From the NCBI GenBank assembly GCA_964612145.1, contig CAZTBP010000006.1:47044-111043 (forward strand): DNA of 64,000 bases. Reading direction: 5' to 3'. A program made the position numbers and the translations under genes. Shown one piece after another: positions 19,796-29,600 of the stretch. Under the pieces are notes generated by a model that saw only the letters and a list, made by a program, of their open reading frames with translations, did no database searches and was not told where the DNA came from. Positions within the stretch are counted from its first letter, which is position 1; every line of letters begins with the position of its first letter. Source of the DNA: an uncultured Ignavibacteriales bacterium. Its GTDB lineage: Bacteria > Zixibacteria > MSB-5A5 > GN15 > FEB-12.

Positions 19796-21544
19796 CTACT
19801 TCATGCCGTACTTCTCAGAAGATCCGGCCTCACCCCGATCCACCAGCTGCCGGACAAGGTGCGTCAGCTCCTCTATTTGCTCCTGCTGCCGGTCAATCTG
19901 GTCCTGCTGCTCTTTGAGCGCCTCGACCAGCACCGGAGTAACGCGACTGTAATCCACAGATTTGAATCCGTTGTCATCGGTCATGACCAGCTCCGGGAAC
20001 TGCTGCTCGAGCTCCTGGGCGATCAACCCGATATGCTGCTTATCATCAAACGAGTGATTCGGATATTCTTCGGTCCTCCACCGGTAAGTGACACCGCGCA
20101 ACTGCTGAAGCCGATCCAGGGAACCGGAAATCGTCTGCACGTCTGTCTTGTAGCGGGCGTCGGAGCAGGCCCCGATAGCACCGGTGGCACAGATCTCACC
20201 TGCGACTGTTAGTGTCGCAATCGGTTCAATCGGGCCGACTCTAACGGTGCCGGCAAACTGGGCGTTGCCGAGGGTATCGAAAGCAAAGGTCGTGTCCGGG
20301 TCAACGCTCCCACCGAAATTCCCGAATCCAACTAATGAAATACGATCCCCCTTCTTAACTGCCATGCGCGCCTGACCGGTAGAGTCATAAAGCACGATAC
20401 TGTCTGTAGACACGATTACGCCCCCCTGGTCATCCTGACTGTTGCCGCCGCTCAACACGAAACTCTCGCCCACAATCGCCTGAGATTCCATCCTGAATTG
20501 GCTCTTTATCAGTTCCCCGAGACCGTTGACGCTTTTGCTCTCCACGACTATACTGCCTCCGGCCCCTCCTCCGCCATGGCCGTCGATGGTGACCGCAGTA
20601 TCGTTGCTCTGATTCAGCATCCGCATTACCGCGCCTTCGGTGCCAGTTTCCAACGTAAAGATGTCGGTCGTATCAAACAGGTCAGTGGTTATGGACCGAA
20701 AACTCATGGTGCCGCGAATACTGTCGTTTGGGAAACTCGGGTCCTTTGGGCCGACACTGATGACGGCGTCAAAAGCCCGCTCGGCCGCCGCTTTGAGCAT
20801 GATGGCTGACTTGTTGTCGTTTACCTCGGTCGAGAACTGCGGCGACAAATTATCCAGCGAGTCCCAGACAATTCGATACGAAGCACCCGAGTCTGTTACT
20901 TTCTGCTCTGCACGGGTTAAGGCGTCTCCGGAAACCTCTATCTCGCGCGTCATGCTTGAAAGGCCGATATTGTCATTTACGGTTTGATCGAATTTGAAAG
21001 GCCCCTTGGTCTGGGTCCAGGTAAAAGATCGGATACTCCCGTCGTCATGGCTGCGGACACTGAGGGTCGTATCTCCACTGGAATCAATTACTACGAGTCC
21101 GGACGGGAGCGATGGGGACGCGTCCAGCCTGATGAGGCCCGGTTCGGTTTTAATGTGTCCATTAACGCCATACGCTACCGCCGACATAGGCGTGGCGGCC
21201 AGTTTCGTCCGCGGTGAAATAGGCGGATCAGCGCCGACCTTAATTTCCAGCCATAACGAATCCGGCCGGATACCAAACCCGGCCAAATCCAACGGGACAG
21301 TCTCCCCAAGACGGACCGAGAAAAGACCGCTCTCAACCGTTACCAGTTGCGTTTCCTCCCAGAGCAAGGCACCACTGGCTGAGTCTTCGTAGATACGATA
21401 CGTCATATCGAAAGTCCCGCCGGCCGGGGTGCCGTCAGAATTCAACAAACGCCCCTGGTGTGAGATAGTTGTTGGTGGTGTGGCGAACGCAAACACCCCG
21501 AAAAATAGGGTAAGACACACGAATACTAGAAGGCTGATCTTCAT
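19796..21544 (-). CDS. Secreted protein with C-terminal intramolecular chaperone (peptidase S74, tail-fibre type)
   Basis: Signal peptide; ISHQGRL..SDG N-domain; CSDARYK...LRGVTYRW...HIGLIAQE...SVDYSRVTPVLVEALKEQQ coiled coil. Confidence 0.85.
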   Translation of the reverse strand: MKISLLVFVCLTLFFGVFAFATPPTTISHQGRLLNSDGTPAGGTFDMTYRIYEDSASGALLWEETQLVTVESGLFSVRLGETVPLDLAGFGIRPDSLWLEIKVGADPPISPRTKLAATPMSAVAYGVNGHIKTEPGLIRLDASPSLPSGLVVIDSSGDTTLSVRSHDDGSIRSFTWTQTKGPFKFDQTVNDNIGLSSMTREIEVSGDALTRAEQKVTDSGASYRIVWDSLDNLSPQFSTEVNDNKSAIMLKAAAERAFDAVISVGPKDPSFPNDSIRGTMSFRSITTDLFDTTDIFTLETGTEGAVMRMLNQSNDTAVTIDGHGGGGAGGSIVVESKSVNGLGELIKSQFRMESQAIVGESFVLSGGNSQDDQGGVIVSTDSIVLYDSTGQARMAVKKGDRISLVGFGNFGGSVDPDTTFAFDTLGNAQFAGTVRVGPIEPIATLTVAGEICATGAIGACSDARYKTDVQTISGSLDRLQQLRGVTYRWRTEEYPNHSFDDKQHIGLIAQELEQQFPELVMTDDNGFKSVDYSRVTPVLVEALKEQQDQIDRQQEQIEELTHLVRQLVDRGEAGSSEKYGMK

Positions 21545-21589
21545 ACCGCGACTCCTGTAGAAAATGAAATGGACCCTGAGTTCGCTAAC

Positions 21590-21618
21590 AGTATACTAAT
21601 AAAGATCAGCTTTGTCTA
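21590..21618 (-). promoter_or_regulatory. sigma70-like promoter for S74 protein gene
   Basis: TAGACA-N17-TATACT. Confidence 0.55.
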
Positions 21619-21681
21619 TGTTTTTTTTGAGATTAGCAGCCGGTAATATTATTGATCGGATCAAACAAATGAATACCCCCC

Positions 21682-22155
21682 CTACCGCACCACCGGCAGG
21701 CTCTTGCGCACCCCGCACACCGACCCGCGCACCTGATAGGAATCCAGATACAACGTATCACCGAATTTCAGCGGCTCCATCACGGTCAGCTTGTAGTTCC
21801 CCTTCGGGAGATACCGCACGATCAGCGGGATCGGCGGGCGGTCCCCCTCTAAGAACTGAAGAACCATCGAAACGAAACAGGTATCGGTCGGCACCACGAA
21901 CTCCAGTGACGGCGACCACGGCGCCGCGACCTCGTCCGCCTCCACATAAATAGAATCAATCCGAGGCGCCCGAATCAGCGTGAAAATAGAATCCGACATA
22001 ACGATCTGCGGCTCGACCCAGGCTGTCTCATAATACCCGGTCGGCACCGCCGGCTGGTCATAGGTCATTTTCGGCCCGCCGCAGCCGGCCACCAGCAAAA
22101 GCGAGGCCGCCAGGGCAAGAAGAACCGTTAGATATGCACGCACGATGGCTTTCAT
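21682..22155 (-). CDS. Hypothetical lipoprotein
   Basis: Lipobox LVAG-C; translationally coupled to upstream gene. Confidence 0.6.
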   Translation of the reverse strand: MKAIVRAYLTVLLALAASLLLVAGCGGPKMTYDQPAVPTGYYETAWVEPQIVMSDSIFTLIRAPRIDSIYVEADEVAAPWSPSLEFVVPTDTCFVSMVLQFLEGDRPPIPLIVRYLPKGNYKLTVMEPLKFGDTLYLDSYQVRGSVCGVRKSLPVVR

Positions 22156-22799
22156 GGCAGGTAGGTGACCTCCCGGTAATACGTATGCTCGCCGACTTCT
22201 ATATGTATCAGGTAGTTGTTGCCCTCACGCAGCCGTCGGCCCGGCTCGTAATGCCACGTATGCACTCCCTCATTCAGCAGCGTATCAACCGTGACACTGT
22301 CCCGCTGAATATCCCGATAGTCCTTCACCCGAATTGACACCGGTATCGAGTCTTCCTCGAGCACTAACGTAAAGACAAACGGGCTGTCCGGGTCATATGG
22401 TTCGACATCGCTGATTTCTTCCCACCGGTTGTACACCGCCTCGACTGTACCGTCGCGCGTCCGCCCGCAGAGATCCGATTTCCACAGATATTCGCCGGGA
22501 GGAACTCTGTGTCCCGAGTCATCCCGCTTGTCCCAGTAGAAATTGTAATAGCTCGGCTGAATCAGGGCGTTCACCAGGTGACGGATCACCTGTCCGGAAT
22601 CATTGTAGATATCAACCGTCAGCCGACACGCGCCCTGCATCTCCTGCGGCACCCAGATCCGTACCCGCCGCGCCTCGGCCGTATCCGGGGGAATGCGCTG
22701 AAGGCCCCGCATAGTCTGAGCCGCGCCGGTGGAAAATCCGGCAGCGCAGATGATCATCCCCAGACCTATCAGTAGGCTCATTCGTTGAATGTGCTTCAT
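22152..22799 (-). CDS. Exported protein with FlgD-Ig-like domain(s)
   Basis: VDIYNDSGQVIRHL...WDKRDDSGHRVPPGEY resembles FlgD_Ig; signal peptide. Confidence 0.65.
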   Translation of the reverse strand: MKHIQRMSLLIGLGMIICAAGFSTGAAQTMRGLQRIPPDTAEARRVRIWVPQEMQGACRLTVDIYNDSGQVIRHLVNALIQPSYYNFYWDKRDDSGHRVPPGEYLWKSDLCGRTRDGTVEAVYNRWEEISDVEPYDPDSPFVFTLVLEEDSIPVSIRVKDYRDIQRDSVTVDTLLNEGVHTWHYEPGRRLREGNNYLIHIEVGEHTYYREVTYLP

Positions 22800-22847
22800 A
22801 ACAACCTCACACTGCTCCATACTGCCTGATCCTGCAACTACTTTTCT

Positions 22848-23528
22848 TCACGGTCGGCACCTCCGGCAGGGCGAGAGCCCCTCGGCCAGCGCCTCCTCAC
22901 GGGTGGCGAAGGTCCGAATCCCCGACTGGTTCATCTGGTCGACCGAAGAGCAGACCGGTCGATGAAACCGATAGGAGTTGGCCCCGGCCAGGTACTGCGG
23001 TTCCGGCTCATGCTCGACCGTCCAGAGACCCCGCGATCGCTCCATCGCCGAGCGCTGGGCGGCCAGCATCAGCGACGTCTCCTCCTGCCCCTGGTCGGTA
23101 TCCCGAAACAGGTAGAGGTAGGCCAGGCCCGAGTCTATCAGCACCTTATTCACCAGCAGGGTATCATCGACCCAGACGTACGCCAGCAGCCGCCCGTAGC
23201 GGTCCCGCTTGCGTCCGGAGTAGGTCAGTTTTGCTTCCTTTCCCTCGGCCAGTCGCTCCAGCAGAACGGTTGCTTCATCGTAGAACCGTTCCCCTTTTTC
23301 CGGCGTGTCGATCGCCAGCAGCCGGACCCGTTCGCCGCTGGCCAGAATAAAGGTGTCGCCGTCGATCACCTTGGCGACCACATTCCCGCCCATCACCGCG
23401 GGCTCGTCGCCGATTTCCACCGACCAGCGGACCACCACTGCCAGCACAACCAGCACCACGACCACGGCCACCCGGGCCGGAATATTGGCTCGCTTTTTCT
23501 TTCGCTTATACCGGCGTACCATTGACAC
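22848..23528 (-). CDS. Thermonuclease (SNase-like) with C-terminal Ada-type metal-binding domain
   Basis: KVIDGDT, RVRLLAIDTPE, DRYGRLLAYV; C-terminal FHRPVC...F.TREEA..EG..PCRRCRP. Confidence 0.9.
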   Translation of the reverse strand: MSMVRRYKRKKKRANIPARVAVVVVLVVLAVVVRWSVEIGDEPAVMGGNVVAKVIDGDTFILASGERVRLLAIDTPEKGERFYDEATVLLERLAEGKEAKLTYSGRKRDRYGRLLAYVWVDDTLLVNKVLIDSGLAYLYLFRDTDQGQEETSLMLAAQRSAMERSRGLWTVEHEPEPQYLAGANSYRFHRPVCSSVDQMNQSGIRTFATREEALAEGLSPCRRCRP

Positions 23529-25914
23529 TCACTCGGGACCAGCCGTAGCCGGTCGGTTCAATTTCTATCAGACTTTCTACACGGTCTTTGATGTCTCCGA
23601 CGTGAGTAATCAGCAGAATCTGCGGAAAACGGTGCTTAAGATTGGTTAACGCCCTGATAATCAAATCCTTGCGTTCGTCATCCTGCGATCCAAAAACCTC
23701 GTCCAGAATTATAAACGACCGGCTCATCCCGGCCGAATCGATCAGTGCCTGGGAAATGGCCAACCGCAGGCAGAGATTCGCCAGGTCTTTCTCGCCGCCG
23801 GAAAACCGCTCGACCCCGAAATACTGCCCGGCATCGAGCACCCGGAGATTGTATTTTTCGTCCAGTTCGACCATGGTATAGCGACCGTCGGTCATCTCCG
23901 ACATCAGCCGCGAGGAGAAGTCGGCCAGGGTCGGTCGAATACGGGCAATCAGACGCGCCTTGAACTCAGTCAGAAGACCGGTCAGCTTTTCGCCGTAGTA
24001 TTGGTCGCTGCGGTGACTGTCGAGTTCGGTCCGGGATTTCTCCAGCCGGGTCAGCTGCTCGTTTTTTCCCTGAAGCTCTTTTTCGGTTAGTTCGAACTCT
24101 TTGGTTGCTGCGACTGAGTGCTCGCGGGCCGCCTCGAAACCCTGCTGCGCCCGCTCGAAGGCTTCTTTCGCCGCAGAAAAAGCGGCTTCCGAAAACGCCA
24201 GCTCACCGCGCCTTTTCTCCAGATCCGCTGCCTGTTCGTTGGCTTTGTTTCGCGCTTTCAGAATTCGCTCGATTTCAGCGGCGACCCTGTCCCGGCGGGC
24301 CAGGCTCCCCTCGATCCGGTCCAGGCGGCTTTTGGCGTCTTCCAGTTCGGCGACCTGCTTTTGTGCCGCCTCGAGTTGTCCGGGATCAAACCTGACCTCC
24401 CCCGCCTCACTCAATTGCCGGCTTACTTCCTGGCGCCGCTGCTGAATTTCGCCCAGTTGCTTTTCACCGGTCTCGCACTCTTTGACCGCCGACTGGCGCT
24501 GCATTACCAGTTCGCGCCGTCGGGTGACTTTTTGATCGAGATCGTCGACCGATACACGAAGCCTCGTGCCGGCTGCTTTCGCCTCGCTCAGCTTTGTATC
24601 AAGCTGCCCGGCTCTTTTGTCAAGTTCGGCCTTCTCCGCGTGAAGATGCCCCTGAATCTGGGGCAGGTCGTCGCCCAGCGGCCGGAGACACCGGTCGCAG
24701 ACCGAATCCGGCCCGAGTTTGGCAATCGAGGCCATCTGCGCCGTCAGCTTCTCCTGCTGGACCTCCAGCGACCGCCGCTCGGCCTGCACCGCGCTGTACT
24801 GTTCACGGGCCGCCTCCAGTTTCACCCGCTCCTCCTTGAGCACTGATTCGACTGATTCCGGCAGCGCCGCAAGCTGACTGTCCAGTTCTTTGAGGGACTT
24901 CTGCGTAGTCTCCAGCCGCCCCTGAACCGCCTTTTTCTCTTTTTCCAGCCGGTTCGTCTGCTCGACAAGCTGCTGTATCCACCGCTTTTGGCTCTCGGCC
25001 TTTTTTAGCTTTTCTAACGTCTCGCGAGCCGAATCCAGTTCTTTGGTCTTTTCCCTAAGCCCCGCTGCTTCTTTTTCCGCCTTTTTCAGCGACTCAGACT
25101 CGGCCGTCAGCTCTTTCTCCCGCTCGATCAAATCATCGCGGCTCTGCTCTGCCGCTTCGAGTCGGGCCGTCAATTCGCTGTAGGCTGCTTTACTCTCCTG
25201 AAAAGTGGCGAATGCCGTTCTGGCCGTCTCCAGCGACTTTTTGGACTCCGCGAGGACTTTCTCCTGCTTCGCGACCGACCCGGCGAGTTGCTCCCGCCTT
25301 TTGCCTAATTCGTCGATGGTGGCTTTGATCTGGTCAATCTCCCCCAATTGCCGCTCCAGCACCAGCGCCTGCCCGGCGGCTACTTTGACATCCTCTTTGA
25401 CCCGGCTGATCGCCTTATCGAGCCGCTCGATCCCCAACATTCCAGCCAGGTGATCTTTTCGTTTGGCCGGCTGAAGCATCGACAGGGCGTTCAGTTCCTG
25501 CTGGCGGGCCAGGAACGAGGTCAGAAATCCCCGCCAGTCCAGCCCGAGCAGCTCCCCGATATACCGCTGGGTCTCGCTGACTCCGACCGACTCCGCCGAT
25601 TCCCCCCGGTACAATTCCACCTCGGCCCGTTCCGATTTTCCGACCAATCGGCGGACAACCCGATATTTCTCCTCATTAATAAGAAAATCGAACGTCACCT
25701 CGCAGGTTTCATCCGGCCGCGCGAAAGTCGATTTGATTTCTTCTTTGCCTGATCGAGCGGCCTGGTTGCCGTACAGGGCCCACGAGATGGCCTCGACAAT
25801 CGTCGATTTCCCGGCGCCGTTGGGTCCGATTATGCCGATGACGTTGTCCTCGAAATTCAGGTCGACGGCTTTCATGACCCGGAAGTTGCGTATTGTCAGT
25901 GAGATCAGGCGCAT
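23506..25914 (-). CDS. sbcC: SbcC/Rad50-like SMC ATPase
   Basis: Walker A GPNGAGKS, central CDRC zinc hook, FSGGE signature, IILDE Walker B, H-loop LITH. Confidence 0.88.
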   Translation of the reverse strand: MRLISLTIRNFRVMKAVDLNFEDNVIGIIGPNGAGKSTIVEAISWALYGNQAARSGKEEIKSTFARPDETCEVTFDFLINEEKYRVVRRLVGKSERAEVELYRGESAESVGVSETQRYIGELLGLDWRGFLTSFLARQQELNALSMLQPAKRKDHLAGMLGIERLDKAISRVKEDVKVAAGQALVLERQLGEIDQIKATIDELGKRREQLAGSVAKQEKVLAESKKSLETARTAFATFQESKAAYSELTARLEAAEQSRDDLIEREKELTAESESLKKAEKEAAGLREKTKELDSARETLEKLKKAESQKRWIQQLVEQTNRLEKEKKAVQGRLETTQKSLKELDSQLAALPESVESVLKEERVKLEAAREQYSAVQAERRSLEVQQEKLTAQMASIAKLGPDSVCDRCLRPLGDDLPQIQGHLHAEKAELDKRAGQLDTKLSEAKAAGTRLRVSVDDLDQKVTRRRELVMQRQSAVKECETGEKQLGEIQQRRQEVSRQLSEAGEVRFDPGQLEAAQKQVAELEDAKSRLDRIEGSLARRDRVAAEIERILKARNKANEQAADLEKRRGELAFSEAAFSAAKEAFERAQQGFEAAREHSVAATKEFELTEKELQGKNEQLTRLEKSRTELDSHRSDQYYGEKLTGLLTEFKARLIARIRPTLADFSSRLMSEMTDGRYTMVELDEKYNLRVLDAGQYFGVERFSGGEKDLANLCLRLAISQALIDSAGMSRSFIILDEVFGSQDDERKDLIIRALTNLKHRFPQILLITHVGDIKDRVESLIEIEPTGYGWSRVSVNGTPV

Positions 25915-26092
25915 TGACCGGTATAATCCGGTTGAATCGGGGCGCTGTCAAGGGGATACTGGGCGACCCCGTCACAATCGTGCAAGCTATTGTATTTCCA
26001 CGGCTTACTTCGGATCCCGAAACCTCATGGCCGAACCGAGGCCGGAATACCCCGGTTTTGCGGGCTTTTGTAACCCCATGCGCTTTTTTGCC

Positions 26093-26120
26093 TTGACAAA
26101 ATCGGTGAATCAGTTATCTT
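26093..26120 (+). promoter_or_regulatory. sigma70-like promoter upstream of a long leader
   Basis: TTGACA-N16-TATCTT about 580 nt upstream of ATG 26700. Confidence 0.45.
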
Positions 26121-26699
26121 CCGGTCGAGCGTGTGTTTGAACTGCACGGCAAATCCGAGAGCCACAAAAGGGTTTTCCAGGCAGTGACCACGACAAAACC
26201 TCTTTATCGAACTTGTAATTTGTTAACGCATCACAGTCTGCACCTCGCGGGCTGAAGTCTGCCCAACATGATACTCCGGTGAGAAACCGGCAACAATCGT
26301 ATCTGCACAGGCGGGCCGTACGACAATTACAATTCGGCGCTAATTCTACTTCCACTATTTCCTTCAACAACGACCCGACCAACAAAGCAGCGCATTCGTG
26401 CGTGATTTGTGGTTTGATCTGAGGAGGTGAATAACACAACCAACAACCTGGATCAATTTCAGGAGCTTCAGAAGCATAGTTCTTTTTAACGCAACGAACA
26501 GGAGCAATAGCTCCGACTCCAAGAGATAGGAAGGAAGACGATGGTTTGGTTACTTGAAGATCTGTTCCCAAGTTTCCCTAGACGTAAAGCCGGGAACGTG
26601 GCGAAATGCCTTATGACAGCCGATAGTATCGGTATGTTCGGTATTACGCCCGTCTTGAAGAAGCAACCCATTCAATTTCCTTGCTTAAGGAGGAAATAA

Positions 26700-29600
26700 A
26701 TGTTAAAAAGACTGTTCATAGCAGTATTCGTCTTAAGCCTAGTAGTAGGCTTGAACGGTACAGCGTTTTCCGATGTCGTAAAAGGGCAAGCTGCCTTGGA
26801 CGAACTCCGGGTTCAGAAGGTCAATCCAAACCATCCGCGGTTTGCTGAGACCGAAAAAGCCGGACCCGACCAGCCTGCCTTTAAGAAACCCGCAAGTGCT
26901 CTTGAGGCCCGTATACTGCCTCCGGGTGACCGTCAGGTACCGGCCACCAAGCTGGATTACTTCTGCGACCTGCAGGATTACACCAGTGGTGCGGCCGCCT
27001 ACTTCTGGCAGCAGCCGGATCAATACGGCGACAGCCTCTTCAACATGCGCTTTACTGCGGATGCCAACTACGATTGTACGCTGAAGGTCGCGCATCTGCT
27101 GATGTACGCCCCTGGTACAATTGGCGATCCCGACATGCGTGTGTACTTGTGGGATGATGACGGCTTTGGATTCCCCGGTATGAAGCTGGATTCCGTGGAC
27201 GTTCCTTTTTCCACGATCAGCACTGAGTTCACCAACCAGGGTAACCTGGCATTTATCTCGGCCGATTTCTCGGCAGCTAACTGGGTATTCTCCGATGGCG
27301 AAGAATACCACATTGGCTACACGCCGATCGTAAATTCGGCCGAGGACACACTCGCGATAATCTCGGACGACGGCACCGGTCCGTTTTCCGGTGAAGAACG
27401 CGCGAGTGAATTCTATGCCGGAGCCTGGGGGACGATGTTGAATGACTGGGGCCTGGACGTTTCGTTTTTTATTCTGGCGGAACGTTGCTGTGCCGAGATA
27501 CCTTTTTCCGATTGCTATTCACAAGCCCCGATACAGAACATAGCTTATTTCTGGCGGGCGCCTCATCCGACCTATGGCGATGAGCAGTACTCCCAGAAAT
27601 TCAGCGTGGGCGGACCGGAAACCCTGGTCTCCGTCGACGTTGCTATTTATGACCCGGGCGACGGCTCGTTCGGTAACGACGACGTTCTCATTCGTATTTT
27701 CGATGATAACGCCGGTCTGCCGGGCAACTTGCTGCACACCGAGACGCTTCCGGCCGGTACCTACCCGGCTTACCCGTCTCTGGCCAATGTGCCGCTGCCT
27801 GTGGGATTTGTTCTCGATGAAACCTTCCACATCTCTTTCGGTTCTTCGGCTGCTTTTGGCAGCGGTGAATACGAAAGCACCCTGTCCTCTGACGGTTCGG
27901 ACGGTGTCGGCGGCTCCGCCTCCGACTGGGATTCGGGCCCCGGATACAACTGGGTCGACTTCCTGAGTGGATGGGGAATTGATGTGAACTTCTACTACGT
28001 TGCGAACCTGTGTCGTGACGAGTACGCCGAGTGCTCCATCAACGCCTGCTACGGCGGGCTTGGTTACTTCTGGCGCCTGCCGGATCGCTACGGCGATTTC
28101 GCCCAGGCCCAGAAATTCGCCGCTGTTGGTGAAGAGTGCCGCGTACAGGAAGTTAGCCTGGCTCTGTACTGGCCGAACTCCGAATCCGGACAGCCATTGT
28201 ATACAGAACCCTCCGAGGTCACCATCTTTGCTGATGCCGGTGGTTTACCTGGTGCGGCCGTTGCCACTATCCCGGTTGGTCCGGCGGAATACGCCGCAGC
28301 CGGCATGGTTGATCCTGGCGGCGCCGGTTCTATCCTCGGTTTCCTGACCGTTGACTTCACGCCGCTTGATGCGTTCGTGACCGGTGCTTATTGGGCCGGT
28401 ATCACGTCGCTGGCGCCTGATACCCTCAGTGGTATCCGGACCCTGTCCGACCCTGGTGGCAGCGGGCTATGTGCCGACGCGTATGCCGAAAACTACGGCG
28501 CGTGGGGCCTCATGTCCACCGACTGGGGTCTTCCGTCTGACGTCGCGATGGTCCTCGACGCCGAGCATTGCTGCATTCCGTTCAGTGAGCGGGCCTGCGG
28601 CGTTGCCGACGACTTCTCGACCTATGGCGGCGACTACGCTCGTACCCACGCCACTGACGTCCAGCTGGACGACCCGTGGTGTGACCTGACCCTGAACTGG
28701 GGCTTTGAGCACCCGACTGATGGTGTTGGATTTACGGGCCCGACCGCCTATGGCGATATGGTCGTCTGCGCCTTCGGTCCTGAATACCGGGTCTTTGATC
28801 TGGTAACCGGTGCTCAGCTCTACATCTACGATCCGACTGCGGGTCCGTTTGCTTCGGCTGACATTCGTACCTCTCCGACCATTGACTTGATCCCCGGCTA
28901 TCCGGATCCGATCATGTTCGTGACCGGTGGTACCAACGACGAAGTCCACGCTGTTGACTTCCTCACCGGTGCTACGATCTGGACGCGCGACGTAGGTAAC
29001 GTCGGCCCGGCCGGTCTCTTCGGTGATGTCCGCTGGGGTGTCTTCACTGTCGTCGGTAGCAATGTCTACTGGGGCACTGAAGGTGGCTATCTTGTCGGCG
29101 CCGACGCGCTGACCGGTACGCTGCTGGCCGGCTTCCCGATCAACCTTGGTCAGGCAGTCTGGACCTCCCTGTCAACCGACGGTGTCAGCCTGTTCACGGC
29201 GACCCGTGCGGCTGGTTCTGAAGGCGACGTTTACTCGATCGATGCCGCTACCGGCGCCATCAACTGGCAGTTGTCTGCCACCGATGGCCTGCAGGGTGCG
29301 ACCGAGTGGGCCGGCCTCGGCTACACCGGCGACGAAGGCTTCACCGGTGGTGTGTCGTATGACGCCCCTCGGAACGCGCTGTACATCAACTCGCGTGCCG
29401 AAGCTAACTATCCGACGGACGGTCTGTTCTATCGTCTCGATGCAGCCAGCGGTAACATCATTGGTGACGTTACCCTCGCTAACCGCGTCTTCTACTCGAC
29501 GCCGGTTCTCGATGCTGCCAATGCGATTCAGCCGGCCCTTACCCGTTGGGTAGCTCCGCCTACCGGCGGCAACATCTATGCCGTCAACAAGGGCACCGGC

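Noticed and set aside
26140-26200. GGCAAA-containing segment as a c-di-GMP-I riboswitch
   Set aside because: Lacks the GAAA tetraloop/receptor and GGGACGCAAAGCC elements.
26110-26571. 153-aa minus-strand ORF
   Set aside because: No RBS or motifs, Cys/Ser-rich random composition, and antisense to the leader of a strongly expressed gene.
26955-28580. Internal repeats as DGR template/variable repeats
   Set aside because: Similarity is at the protein level only; no adenine-specific near-identical DNA pair and no reverse transcriptase.
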